Notes under the pieces: model-generated
Databases searched by the model: none
What the model was told of the DNA's origin: nothing
What the model saw: only the letters and a program-made list of their open reading frames with translations
Shown here: positions 12,542 to 25,194 of the stretch, one piece after another
How the letters are laid out: every line of letters starts with the position of its first letter
Numbering within the stretch: the stretch's first letter is position 1
Position numbers and translations under genes: made by a program
NCBI GenBank assembly: GCA_002256025.1
Contig: NKIB01013244.1
Coordinates: 1-61,312, forward strand
From: Asterionella formosa
Taxonomy: Eukaryota
DNA length: 61,312 nucleotides
Direction: 5' to 3'

Positions 12542-12989
12542 ATTTTCCGAAACAACGGCCTTGTGGTCGATGGTGGATGACAAAGCGTACCACATAATTT
12601 ATTACAATATAACTCTCGAACCGTGTTTACTATAATACGGCGACGTTGCTGATTCCATAGCTGCTAACATTGAGCCGTTCTTTTCGAAGATACGCAAGCT
12701 ATGGTATCGGTACCAGAAACTTGCACAAATGGATTTCGATTGTTAGGAATTCATTAAATAGCGCCTTCAATTCCATGTCAAGGAGTTGCTCGACAAAATG
12801 GCTTCTTTAAACTTCATAGACAGAATAGGCGAGCTTATTAATGATTCATTTATTTTGAAGGTTAAAGAATATTCATATAAATGTTTTTAAATAGTAAAAT
12901 TTATCATTCGAAAATTGGAAAAATACAAAATAGCAAAATCAGGGCACAAGGGTGCCCCCTAGTCAAAAATAAAATCTTCGTGTAAGTCC

Positions 12990-13757
12990 TTAGACAGACT
13001 GTACTCGTTTTCCTCTGATTACTCTCTTGGCTTTACGGACGCCAGAGGTAATTGCGTCCTCAACTTGGCTGTAAGGCAAGAAATACTTGGTGACAGCGCG
13101 TTGAAGTTTCGCCCTTTCGGCTTCTTTGTGTGCCTTCTTCATCTCCTCTTCGGAGTATCCAAACTTGTACATCAACTTATCCTTTCTTACCCAGTAACTC
13201 ATCATGAGCTGTGAGGCGGAACGTCGCTTGCCTCGGAGACATTCATAATCATCCAACTCCACTGAGGCCTGTTCCTCATAGTTCCAATCCAATGAAATCG
13301 GTGGGCCATAAGAAACACTTGGATGGTCCCCAATGGTTTGATCGTATTCTCTGACAATGACAGAGGAGAAAGACACCGAATTTTTAACTCTGCAAAAATC
13401 AGAAGAATCCGAGAGTCCGGATGAAACTGATGTTGATCTGGTGATCTTCAGAGGTGGAAGGACTTTATAAGATTGCTTCCTGGTGCAAACCGGGATAATC
13501 TCGGAGGATGCTCTAATGATTGGCTTCACAAGAGTCGATTGATGGTGTGGTTCAACAACGTCTGAAGAAGCAACTTCTCTGCGAGCACTGTGGCCTTCCG
13601 TTCCAGAATCGGCGGAGGTCTCAATCAGAGAAAGCTCAGCCATAGGACACGAAATTGGTGTATATTGTTTGACCGGATCGACGCTGCTCATCATGCAGTC
13701 GTCGTCGTGGGCACCTAATTCCACATGTTGCTCAAAGATAGTAACGTTGGGACTCAT
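12990..13757 (-). CDS. Hypothetical protein of the diatom-expanded 'V.F..V.VREY...GDHPS...GPPISLDW.Y' family
   Basis: Intact 255-aa ORF containing VSFSSVIVREYDQTIGDHPSVSYGPPISLDWNY. Confidence 0.85.
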   Translation of the reverse strand: MSPNVTIFEQHVELGAHDDDCMMSSVDPVKQYTPISCPMAELSLIETSADSGTEGHSARREVASSDVVEPHHQSTLVKPIIRASSEIIPVCTRKQSYKVLPPLKITRSTSVSSGLSDSSDFCRVKNSVSFSSVIVREYDQTIGDHPSVSYGPPISLDWNYEEQASVELDDYECLRGKRRSASQLMMSYWVRKDKLMYKFGYSEEEMKKAHKEAERAKLQRAVTKYFLPYSQVEDAITSGVRKAKRVIRGKRVQSV

Positions 13758-14100
13758 TTTAGGAGAGGCAGAGAAAACTTTTCTTTTTAAATGTGGTTTA
13801 TTGTTTTTTATAAGAATTTTCTAAGTTTTTTCATTAGAAGGTTAAATGCTGAAGTGTAATAGCATGGTGTGTTGTATGTGATTGGGAGTCGGTAACAAAA
13901 GCAAGAAGGTTTTCTAAGCATGATAAGTGCCACGATTTTCTTGGGGAGGATGGTAAGGTTCGGCATTTTCATGATGACGAACTCGAGGAAAGTACCGGTC
14001 ATAAGGAGGCGGACATTCTAATACTGCACCGGTACCTGGTACCGAGGAGGTCGGAGCATTTTCTCTGTACCTGGTACATAAATACCGTAGATGCATTTCG

Positions 14101-14230
14101 GCAGTTGGTGATCCATAAATGCCACAATGATCTCCTCCTACGTACGGTGGGACCATTATCTACGTACATGAATATATGCATTGAGGCAGTAGGTGATCCC
14201 TACATGCCGTAATGATCTCCTATGTACGGT
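14101..14230. repeat. Imperfect ~45-bp direct repeat pair
   Basis: GCAGTTGGTGATCCATAAATGCCACAATGATCTCCT (14101) vs GCAGTAGGTGATCCCTACATGCCGTAATGATCTCCT (14186). Confidence 0.75.
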
Positions 14231-15003
14231 ACGGTGCCAGGTGATGTCCCTACTGGTAAAGACAATACTGAACAGCTTGTAAAATACTCATATCGACAAT
14301 CTAAACAATTTAACTTTCCTTAGGCGTTTTTAGTGACGAAACAATTGTTACCGGTACGGTACCAGTACTGTTAATTAGAGTTGATATTTATTCGGCCTTG
14401 CGGAGCTCATAAATAATTTCGTCACTCTGGAAGGGTTCGGCACTTGGATGGTCCACGTCATGCATTTATCAAGCATACCGGCGTGATTTACTCTCTTTTC
14501 ATAGATCAGCAACCTGGTACCTGGGCGGTACCGGCATTTAAATGGACTACGTCATGCAATTATCAAGCATTCCGGTACCGGCACTCGAGTTTCATTGGCT
14601 GATTCAACTGTACTGTCAGGTTGAGAATCGTGCGGGTGGCTAAGAACCTCCGGCAGTGGAAGGTAACTTCCGGAATTTTGGTGTTCTCATCCTCACTCAA
14701 ACAAAAATACATCACATGAATCATGCTGTCGTTGTGCTACACAGTGTGCCTGAATTCACTGTCCATATCTGCCTTGAAAACTATTACTGTACGTACTGTA
14801 GCGTTAAGGTTCCTACATTTGAACCCCTAGCTCGAGGTAGGGTTAAAAAGATTATATTAAATAAATGGATATCGCTACACGGAGCTTTCACCATTAGACA
14901 CCCTTTCCATATTCTTACCCGGTACATAACATACAGTCTCCGGACAACGTAGGGGTGTACGTCCACTCTTTATGTAGTCAGGATATAGGATCTGGCACGC
15001 AAG

Positions 15004-15097
15004 TGCAGAAAGGAACTTCGGTTTTTTCTCTCTCTATGCTAAAAAGACTAGGAAACTCGGGGAATAGTATAGTAAAAAACAGAAGTTCCTTTCTGCA
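15004..15097. repeat. 24-bp inverted repeat (MITE-like hairpin)
   Basis: TGCAGAAAGGAACTTCGGTTTTTT (15004-15027) pairs with AAAAAACAGAAGTTCCTTTCTGCA (15074-15097), one mismatch. Confidence 0.85.
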
Positions 15098-16057
15098 TTT
15101 CTCACCGGAAGATATATACTGATGCTATTTGAAGGTTTCCTATTTATTGAAATTGCCTTCAGACCCAGCCAACGTTGAGCTTTCATCATCCAAAAATTCA
15201 GCCTTTTCTACAGTATCCAAAATATCAGAATCAGAATGACCATAAGCCAAAACATCATCATTGGAATAGTACTCATGTGCCAGAATTCATAGTCATAAAA
15301 TCTTCTGTCCAAAAAATTCCATTGTAGGTGCCCGCTTGTTAAAGTGAGCTCATCTACGTAGTTAGGACTCGGAGTCAAACGATTCAAATGAGTCAACTTT
15401 GATGTACCAAGCTCTCATCAACCACACATTATACTTTGTTACTCCGACTATGATGAGCCGGACAATATAAGCTATTTCGGAAGACCGATAGTTTGAAATG
15501 AATGATCATGGTTAAATACCTATGATCAGTAAGTGTGAGATAGACATGGGTCTATCTATGATTGTATGTTCCTAGAAATGCAAACAGCATTTGGAGAATA
15601 GTTCGTTTGTTTTGTTCAAACAGAACAACCTAAACTAGATTAGTAAACTCACAATAAGAATATAGAAACGGAAAGAGAAACGAACGTCTCTATCTATAGT
15701 CTTCTTTGTCTAACGATATAGATCTATACAAAAGGTAATACTTTAACACCCGCTTCTAGATATATAATATGATTGGTCAAGCAAAGTGAATTACTTACCT
15801 CCATTTGATAGTAGGCCTGATCTGCAGCAGGGTGTTGCAAAACCTATGCCGGCCACACTTGATGCACACATATCTTTTTTTCTCTTGAGGTTTTTGTCTT
15901 GTTATAAGAATATGGTTACCGCAAATGTGGTCATTGTATTTTTTCGATGATGAATGCTTGCGTAGATAGTTGTAGAAGAATCCTTTTTCACGTGTATGGC
16001 CATTCTTGTGGTCAACAGCTCCTCCAGCATTGTTGTTTGTGATCATCATTTTGACTA

Positions 16058-16297
16058 AAAAGTCAATGAAATTTTATAGTACATTAAAGCTATCTAATAA
16101 CTGCACTCGGGTCCACCAAATAGATGGACACAATTAGTACTGGTTTTATTTGTCCGTATGGTACAACAGGACCTGTTGTCTTTTCGTCTGCCGTACCTCC
16201 CGGAACCCTAGGGAAAACATGAAAAAGACAGGTGGAGAATGCAGGAATCGAACCCGCCACCACAGTGGGTGTGCTGACCACTAAGCCATTCCCTTGG
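16058..16297 (-). mobile_element. tRNA-derived SINE-like retroposon with 15-bp target-site duplication
   Basis: TCATCATTTTGACTA at 16043-16057 and 16298-16312. The minus-strand head has A box TGGCTTAGTGG and B box GGTTCGATTCC. The uninterrupted repeat copy near 16455 shows the empty site. Confidence 0.8.
16233..16294 (-). other. Truncated tRNA-like head (His-GTG-like, 62 nt); not a canonical tRNA
   Basis: AGGGAATGGCTTAGTGGTCAGCACACCCACTGTGGTGGCGGGTTCGATTCCTGCATTCTCCA. T arm GCGGG/CCTGC and partial acceptor pairing are present; anticodon and variable arms are shortened. Confidence 0.7.
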
Positions 16298-16605
16298 TCA
16301 TCATTTTGACTAGTACATTGTAGTTTGTTTCATATGGGGGTTCATTCATGAGCAAGCAGCAAGTTGTCTGCTTCGAAATTAATTGTTGTATTATTGTTTG
16401 TTGCTATTCTGACTGTGTTTGATGATTCACTAAATGATGCTATTATCATGTGGTTGTTTGTGATCATTTCGACTAGTACATTGTAATTTGTTTCATATGG
16501 GGGTTCATTCATGAGCAGCAAGTCTTCTGCTTCGAAATTAATGGTTGTATTATTGTTTGTTGCTATTCTGCCTGTGTTTGATGATTTATTGAAGGATGCT
16601 TTTAT
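16298..16605. repeat. Two-copy ~160-bp tandem repeat
   Basis: TTCATTCATGAGCA at 16341 and 16504; CTGCTTCGAAATTAAT..TTGTATTATTGTTTGTTGCTATTCTG is repeated. Confidence 0.9.
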
Positions 16606-17347
16606 GATGGTATTGTGGGGGATGGGGGTATCCACCCCCATGGTGGGGAGGAGGTACCAGGTACCATTCAACAATAGCGCTATGTAGCTTCACCTGTATT
16701 CTCCTGGTACACTTTATGATATAGTAACTTACCGGAAGTATCTGTTTCCAATTTCCACATGGGCGGAACTACATCGCTGACCATCATACAGAGGTCAAGC
16801 CGTTTTCTCCATTCAAGTAAATTCACTCAGCAGCTCTAACTGCTTAACCCAGGAGGAGCAGGTTAATACTTACTTGTTTTATCATTCATAGCACCAGCTG
16901 TAAACTTGTCACGTTTGCTGGATATGCAAACAAGCTGTCTTCCAAGCAACTCTGTAATGGGTTGAATATTTCCACCACTTTCCATTATTGCAATCAATTG
17001 TGCTTTCCATTGATTGTTGCAGTGTTGATACTGACCCAGACACAATTTTTCAGTGCTCATTTAATTAACTGACCTGTGATCTATTTGCAGCAACCGTGTT
17101 GTCCTGATTTGATCTAGGCTATGTAAATCAATTGAACTGCCCTTGTCTACTTAAGCCCTTCAACTCTAAACAGTGCGGACATCAAGTGATGCACATCTCC
17201 AGGCCAAGAGCTAAAAATTTGAGCAAATTAAAGATTTGTTGACACAACCTTTCTTTACCAGAATTCTTATCCTTGATCTTGAGGTCTACCTCTGTAAATC
17301 TTGAAACACGCATGGAAATTCACATATCCTCAGATTATTCTGGCAAC

Positions 17348-18783
<1,436 letters not shown>

Positions 18784-19680
18784 TTATTGTTCCGTGAGAT
18801 ACTGTGAAGCTGCTCGTTAGAAAAGTAGAGTTAGAACAACAAGATTCGATGAGAATCATTCAATGGTGATGAACATGGCCTCACAATAATCCATCAATGA
18901 GGGATGGGACACTTGTGGCCATCACAGCCCGCGCTATCTGGAGTGATTTGAGGAGAGAGCGAGCGAGCACCGGTAGTGATGATGCTGAGTTGGAAGGTCC
19001 AATAAAAGGGCTATAACAGTACCGGTAGCTGATTTCTGACGTCACCACTCCTGGCGTGTCGAAGCGTTGTGCCAGTAGCTCACATTTTTTGGCCGAGAAT
19101 TTCTCACCGCAAAACTCTAATCTGCGAGACGAGCTGCAATTCACAACCATCTTGTCCCAGTAAATATTGGTGTTCCTGCAGCAACAAACTCAGTGATGAT
19201 TCTGAGTATTGCACAGGCATTACTAACTTCGCAATTTTACATGACTGGAATCCTGATAAGGGAGGAGGGACTACATGAAAACTTGATGTATTCATACCTG
19301 TGTTTTTCTATCCTTCCCAGGCAGCTAGCTTCACCAAAAACCGCATGAAGTACGCAACTCATCCAAAGCAAGTGATGTTTTGCAGATGCCATATGCAATG
19401 AAATGATTATACTGCTATCCAGTAAAGTTTTTTTTCTTTCTTGGAATCTGTCGCACCTCAAAGAGGATGGCAATGCCTGTTAAATGCACTGAGTTTAAAA
19501 TGATACATCATTTTATTGGTCTGCAACTCATCGAGCTATGCTCAAGACATTTCCAGAACTCATCAATTGAAGAATCATATGTTAGCCCAAATTACGATTG
19601 AGGCAAAAATCAATAAAAGGACATTGGGCAGCAACCTACATCATCCAGCTAAATATAATTAACATGAAAGATGAACTAGT

Positions 19681-20635
19681 CTAGAATCCATCCATTGGAT
19701 CAAGAAGGATTCCTCCAACAACAGCCGCAATGGCTAGAACAGCGAAGCCAACAGCAGCGAAGACAGCACCTCTTTGCTCCTCTTCAGTTTGCACCTCGAC
19801 CAAGCATTGGCAGACATCGCTTTCAACCTCACTTGTATCACATTCAGTAATACGATACACCCATCCTCCAGGAGTCGCCGTTGTATCCAAGAAACGGTAA
19901 ATTCCTCCATCTGCTCCCTTGGAAACAAGAGGACCCCAGTCGGCATAGCTAGCAATCACAGAAAAGTCTGTCGTCTTGGCCGGCCGACGCTTGATAATGA
20001 AACCCTTGCAATTCTTCTCTTCATTGGTAGCCCACTCAAGTTCAACACCTCCGCTGACTTTCTTCCAGTTCAATCCAGTTCCACTCAACTCTTGTGCCTG
20101 GCTATCGAAGTAAAGGTTGCCAGAGACGCTTCGAGTTTCTTCATCACGCTTTCGCCTGGCCTTGGCCTTTTCCTTCATGACCTGACGCATCTCATCTTCA
20201 TCCTTTTCTGAAATATTCATCCATGGAGCGAATTCCATTCCGCTTTCACTCGTCAACTTCGATATTGCCCTACTCTTTGCAAGTGCTGTTTGCACCATGC
20301 CTTCGACTTCGTCCTCTAGAGAAAGGGCGTCCTGGGGAGATTCGGGAGTCTTCGGGGCCTTCGTGGAAGTGGTCGCAAAGAAGGGCAATGGGTCCTCAGC
20401 CATGAAGCGGGCGACTAGAGTGGATACAAAACATACCGGTGGTTGGTTAGAGCGGTCGACGGAAAAAAGATGAGACAGGTCACGCAAAACAGTGAGCGAA
20501 TCTTCACAGAAAGTGATTTTCTGCAATGTCCAAATTTCGGAACCTACCATTGTTGCGCTTGGAAACAACAAACGCTCGAGGGCTAAACGCAGAAACTCCG
20601 GCAAGTAGGGCGACTGACGTGACAAAGAGCTTCAT
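19681..20635 (-). CDS. Plastid-targeted, C-terminally anchored protein with FN3/Ig-like domain; 2 exons (20635-20548, 20414-19681)
   Basis: Exon 1 MKLFVTSVALLAGVSAFSP is an ASAFAP-type bipartite signal. Intron GTAGGT..CTAAC..TAG spans 20547-20415. Then VELEWATNEEKNCKGFIIKRR...YRFLD...WVYRI and a C-terminal TM helix. Confidence 0.85.
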
Positions 20636-21039
20636 GTTCGTATTATTATTGCTTATTATACACAGAACTGTAAGCAATAGCTACGATCGATCAGGAGGCG
20701 ATGATGTGATGGTTGTGGGCGGAGGGACTCCTGCCTACTACTACCGGTATGGATGAACTATTAGCTCCATGTGATGACGCCTTGAATATATCGCTCGGTA
20801 TACATAGTACATACCGGTATGCGGGGTATATGTATTCACACCATGGTGGCGAACACGCACGTCCAAAACTACGCCGTCAGATGAGTTGTATGACGTCATT
20901 TGCGAAAAACCTTGGTCCACATGAATTTATTAAATACTCTACCGGTAGCTAGTACCGGTAGTAGGTGTAGTAAACGCCAGCGCAAAAATGAATGCAAGTA
21001 CCGGTAATATAACTGTTGCACAATACGTATGTGTATGTA

Positions 21040-21066
21040 TACCAGGTACCAGGTACCAGGTACCGG
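21040..21066. repeat. (TACCAGG)3-TACCGG micro-array
   Basis: TACCAGGTACCAGGTACCAGGTACCGG read directly. Confidence 0.9.
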
Positions 21067-22449
21067 CACCTTGGAAGGCCCGGACAAGAAAGGCTGACCT
21101 TCCATTCCAAACTTAACTTCTATAATGTTAAATTATCGTTCGTTAAATCCAAGTCGTGTTCTGATCATCAAAATCGTGTTCACCTACTGCTACTGGTAAT
21201 GGTATTCAGTAAACTGGAAGACGGTTTCCTTATACAGTTCACGAATCAGTAACTTCTACTAGTCATTGTCAGCAATTTCTAATTGTTGTCAGCTGATTTG
21301 GTATATGTAGTCACCAACTGGATCAGTAATCATAAACAAAAGAGTCAATCTGAAAATGTCAATGGACTATTAATTGATATTATTTAAATAGAGAATCAAA
21401 CAAAATTAGGTTTGACCTCGAGTGTTGCATACTGTGCAAGTGTCAAATCTGTTCATATCACCATTTTTCTGAATTGTGCATCTATATACTTCATGAAAAA
21501 ATGCGTCATCCTCGAGGACTCCCTTTTTTGTTGTCAATTTTAGTGTTTTTTAATTCTTTAATGATTGCATTGTCTATGTTGTGCTTAATTTATGTACCAA
21601 ATAGCAAAGCGTCGTCATTCTCATTTTTCATGGAGATATTTGTTTTTTGTCAATGCCCAGACAACTTGATGTAGTATTCTCCAGCTGTTCACAATGACTA
21701 CACTGTAGTGTTTAATACATAGAAATGAATCGCAATATCTAGGCTAAATAATTATATAGGAGCATCTACAAGGGCTACTTCGGGTACCCTGAGTATATCA
21801 TATATCCCAGCCATAGTAATAGCTAAGTGATATGTGGCTGATATGTATGATATTGCAAATATAGCGGTATTCTGGTAGGCGGTTGCATCAGGCATGATAA
21901 TGATTGTGACCATGATGTATATAGATATAATGTTACATATAAACATAGTATTGGCAAGACTATCGTGGGGTAGTGATTGTGTCTGTCCATGTATATAGTA
22001 CTTCATAGGCATAAGGGTCAGTCAGAAAATCTATTCGTTTTTGCAAGTTCTAGGCGTTGTCAGCATGTTACTACCTGCAAGTTGCGGTCATTTTGCTGAA
22101 GTAGACAACGTGACGCAGGACAGGCACTACAAAAATTTAAATAGAAAAAAATCGATTCTCTCTTTGAATTGACAGTATCACAACTTGTTAGTGACATAGG
22201 TATGGCTGGATTCATAATGAAAATCCATTGGGTAGTAGCCATCGTAGCTACCAGTACAATGACTGGAGTTGAAAAAGCAGACCATTGGGAAGGAGAAAAT
22301 GCGGAATCTGTACTAGAATGATCATTGGCAATATCTTCTCTGGTGACAGAAAGTGGCTTTGTCAGTAGGAAAGAAGACTTCCTTGTTGACGATTGAGGAT
22401 TAAAGTCAGCTCTGTTTCTTTTTAGATACTGTTTTGGCTGTTTGGATGA

Positions 22450-22738
22450 ATTTGTTGTACCCCATCACATCTCGAAGGTCAAGAGTCTTTTACCAATTCT
22501 TAATGAGTGTAATATTAATCATCTTGGTTTTGTTTCTGTATCCAGTGACTTTAAAGTAAACAAAAATACACTGAAGTTGCTGTAGGGATACCTGTTGGAT
22601 GAGCATGTCTTTTATCATCATCAATCTTCCCTTAACTTCGATGAAAAGATCAGCTGGAGTGATGCTTGCAACCCACTGCTCATTAAGTTTCCTTGGTGCA
22701 GAGTAACTTTCATTTTCTGAAGAATCAAATGATGCCAT
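22450..22738 (-). pseudogene. Degenerate copy A of an unknown repeated gene
   Basis: MASFDSSENESY...GYRNKTK...LIKNW*KTLDLRDVMGYNK; homologous to 24925-25194. Confidence 0.6.
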
Positions 22739-22741
22739 GAT

Positions 22742-22773
<32 letters not shown>
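22742..22773. repeat. (AAC)10 microsatellite
   Basis: Direct reading. Confidence 0.95.
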
Positions 22774-23288
22774 GCGCAAGTTGCTTACAAGTGATGAAAA
22801 GCACATTACATGATTAGCAATGATAAATGCTGTTGATCCCTCCTCCCGAAATTCTTTTTCATTATTGCCATTAGAGATAAAATTTCATTGATTAATTTAA
22901 TTACATGAAGTGAATTAATTTATAAGATGTGTGTTACCCAGTGCTGTATCTGCAGCAATACACACAGATACACATTTAGGAGCAATAAAATATGCATTGC
23001 TGGAAACAACATAACACCCAGATGTGTGAGATACAAAAAATTGGACCAAGCAACAAATTTTTAATTTTTTAAATCTCTGTGAAGACCTGCCCTTAGTTTT
23101 TTCAGGAGAAGGAATGAAGAGCTGCTGAGTATGTTATGTGTAATTGACAGCAGCAAATGAACAGCTTCAATGTAGGAGTACGACGTCGATGTTGATGTTA
23201 TGGCCCTGGGAGACATAATCAGGTATCAATGCTGATTGAAAACAATTATTATAATGAACAAGATTGAGTCAACTGCTTACAACAAGAT

Positions 23289-24212
23289 TCACTCACTTCT
23301 CCGAATTCCATTCCTCTTGCCATCATCAGTAAGTTTAAATTTTTCGATAATCATGTTCAAATAGAATGGTAGGCCAAGAGCATTCTTTTTCATGCTGTGA
23401 TTGATGGATGATTTCTTGGTTTCAACCAAACGTTTTCTTATCGAATCCGGAATGGCGGTACAATTTCCTAGCAAATGACGTTGGACCATGACATAACAAT
23501 TGTGCGGAAGTGGCTTCAAGTGATGTGGGTACGTGATTGCTCCTGTCGACATGGTATGGCTCATGGCGCAGAAGGAACATCGGATTCCCACATTTCCAAG
23601 AAGGATGTGGCGCCTGCCATTTCCAATTAATTGCTTCTCAACGTCTGCATTGGATGCTTCAAAGAGCTCTAGCGATGCGGTGAGGCAGAAATTAAATTCA
23701 GAAAGTCTGGCGCGTTCCGCCATTAATGATTTTGGTGCAAGCGAAATGCTTGTTTCTGTTACAGATTCGCGGGGATGACAGCATCGTGCGTGACCCCCGT
23801 AGGCTTGCGATGTGCTAAAGTCATTCTTGCCACAATTGGAACAAGTCCAAGGACCCGTTGAGTTTCTAGTTCCATCACAGCGACTCTGGTGATGAGCAAA
23901 TCCTGTCGGTGACAAAAAGTCCGTTCGATGACACATTGAGCAGGAGTACTCTTCTTTTGTTCCTTGCGACTTGAATTTACTAGTTGACATGGATTTCTCA
24001 GATTTGCGTCCTCGTTTCTGAATGCTACGCTCGTTTTCGTCAATGTATTCTTCATCATCATCGTCTAGATCATGGCTTGGACATGGAATAGCTTCTGTCC
24101 CTCCAGATTTCGCTCCACGTTCAGACGCAATGTCCAGTTTTCGTTTTGCCGTCGAAATTCTCTCTGGGACCAACAGATCGTTGGGCATTTCTCCCATTGA
24201 TGTCACTTCCAT
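23289..24212 (-). CDS. Putative zinc-finger regulator: two C2H2/C2HC-like fingers plus diatom-typical 'VGIRC.FC..GA..YP..H...C' domain
   Basis: CSMCHRTDF...FAHHQSRC; CSNCGKNDF...YGGHARCC; VGIRCSFC...GAITYP...QRHLLGNC. Confidence 0.85.
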   Translation of the reverse strand: MEVTSMGEMPNDLLVPERISTAKRKLDIASERGAKSGGTEAIPCPSHDLDDDDEEYIDENERSIQKRGRKSEKSMSTSKFKSQGTKEEYSCSMCHRTDFLSPTGFAHHQSRCDGTRNSTGPWTCSNCGKNDFSTSQAYGGHARCCHPRESVTETSISLAPKSLMAERARLSEFNFCLTASLELFEASNADVEKQLIGNGRRHILLGNVGIRCSFCAMSHTMSTGAITYPHHLKPLPHNCYVMVQRHLLGNCTAIPDSIRKRLVETKKSSINHSMKKNALGLPFYLNMIIEKFKLTDDGKRNGIRRSE

Positions 24213-24924
24213 GATAATGGTCGTCGTCCCTAGTCTACATCGTCTTTCTTGGAAGAAAGGGTGAGAGTTGGGAAATTTGGAAACCGATGTTCATCACGGT
24301 ATTACCCGGACACGGTCATCGGTTGGACTAAATAACGGAAAAGTGGCTAAAGAAACTGAAATGCCACGTCGCCGTCAGTGAAGGCAAAACAAGGAAAGGT
24401 GTCGAAGTAGATAATATTATAAATATATATATATAAATATAATATATGTGAAAAATATAAATATAATAAATGAGCAAATCATCCTTTAAGAATTATCTGG
24501 ATTACAGCACCGGTATACACAACTGCGTTTGAAGACTTTGTTCTGCTCAGTGTTGTTGTCTTAGTATTTTGATGGATCAAATTTTCAAGTTGTTGGTGAC
24601 AGTGATTGTCATTTCTTGCAATTTGGTGTAGGGGCACAATGGAATTTGCTAGATAAGAAGGAATTGGAAAGGACACATCTTTTCCATTTCGCATTTCCAA
24701 CCTTTATCCAGGGAAAAAGTACATAGTACTAGCTGATGCAGCTTACAGAGAAGCAAAAAGTGTGGAAGCAGATGATTGAGAAGGAGATTCCAAATCCGAA
24801 CTAGAGTTATTATCAAAGTCCTCAGTGGCAAGAATCTGATTTAATAAAGAAGGTGATTGTCTTGTTAATCTTTATTAGCCATTGGGAGGAGGTTTTTTCT
24901 GTCATCTGTTTTTGGTGATTGTTT

Positions 24925-25194
24925 CTTGTTATATCCCATCATATCTCAAAGATCAATAGTCTTAAGCCAATTTGCAATCAGTGCTGTGCAGGTTGCTTAT
25001 AGTAGCCTTGGTCTTGTTCTGTATTCAGAAGCCTTGTAGAAATTCGCCAAGGTCTTCAGAAGTTAACCTATATTTTTTATCTTGGTCAATTTACCATCAT
25101 TGTCTATTAAAAATTCACCAAGACTTGTCATTGCAACCCGCAGATCAACAAGTGTATTGTGAGATTCATTGTCAGAAGGATGATATGAAGCCAT
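24925..25194 (-). pseudogene. Degenerate copy B of the same unknown repeated gene
   Basis: MASYHPSDNESH...EYRTRPR...LIANWLKTIDL*DMMGYNK. Confidence 0.6.

Larger units (their letters stand above)
15795..16674 (-). pseudogene. Asn-rich repeat-containing ORF interrupted by a SINE-like insertion and a 4-bp frameshift
   Basis: ORF 16674-16342 (NEPPYETNYNVLVEMITNN...) and ORF 16049-15795 (MMITNNNAGG...) become colinear once the insert is removed. Confidence 0.5.

Noticed and set aside
16233..16294. Functional tRNA-His(GTG)
   Set aside because: Only 62 nt, no proper anticodon stem or variable loop, and it lies within a TSD-bounded insert.
24410..24472. AT-only tract
   Set aside because: Low-complexity TA-rich sequence with no further structure.
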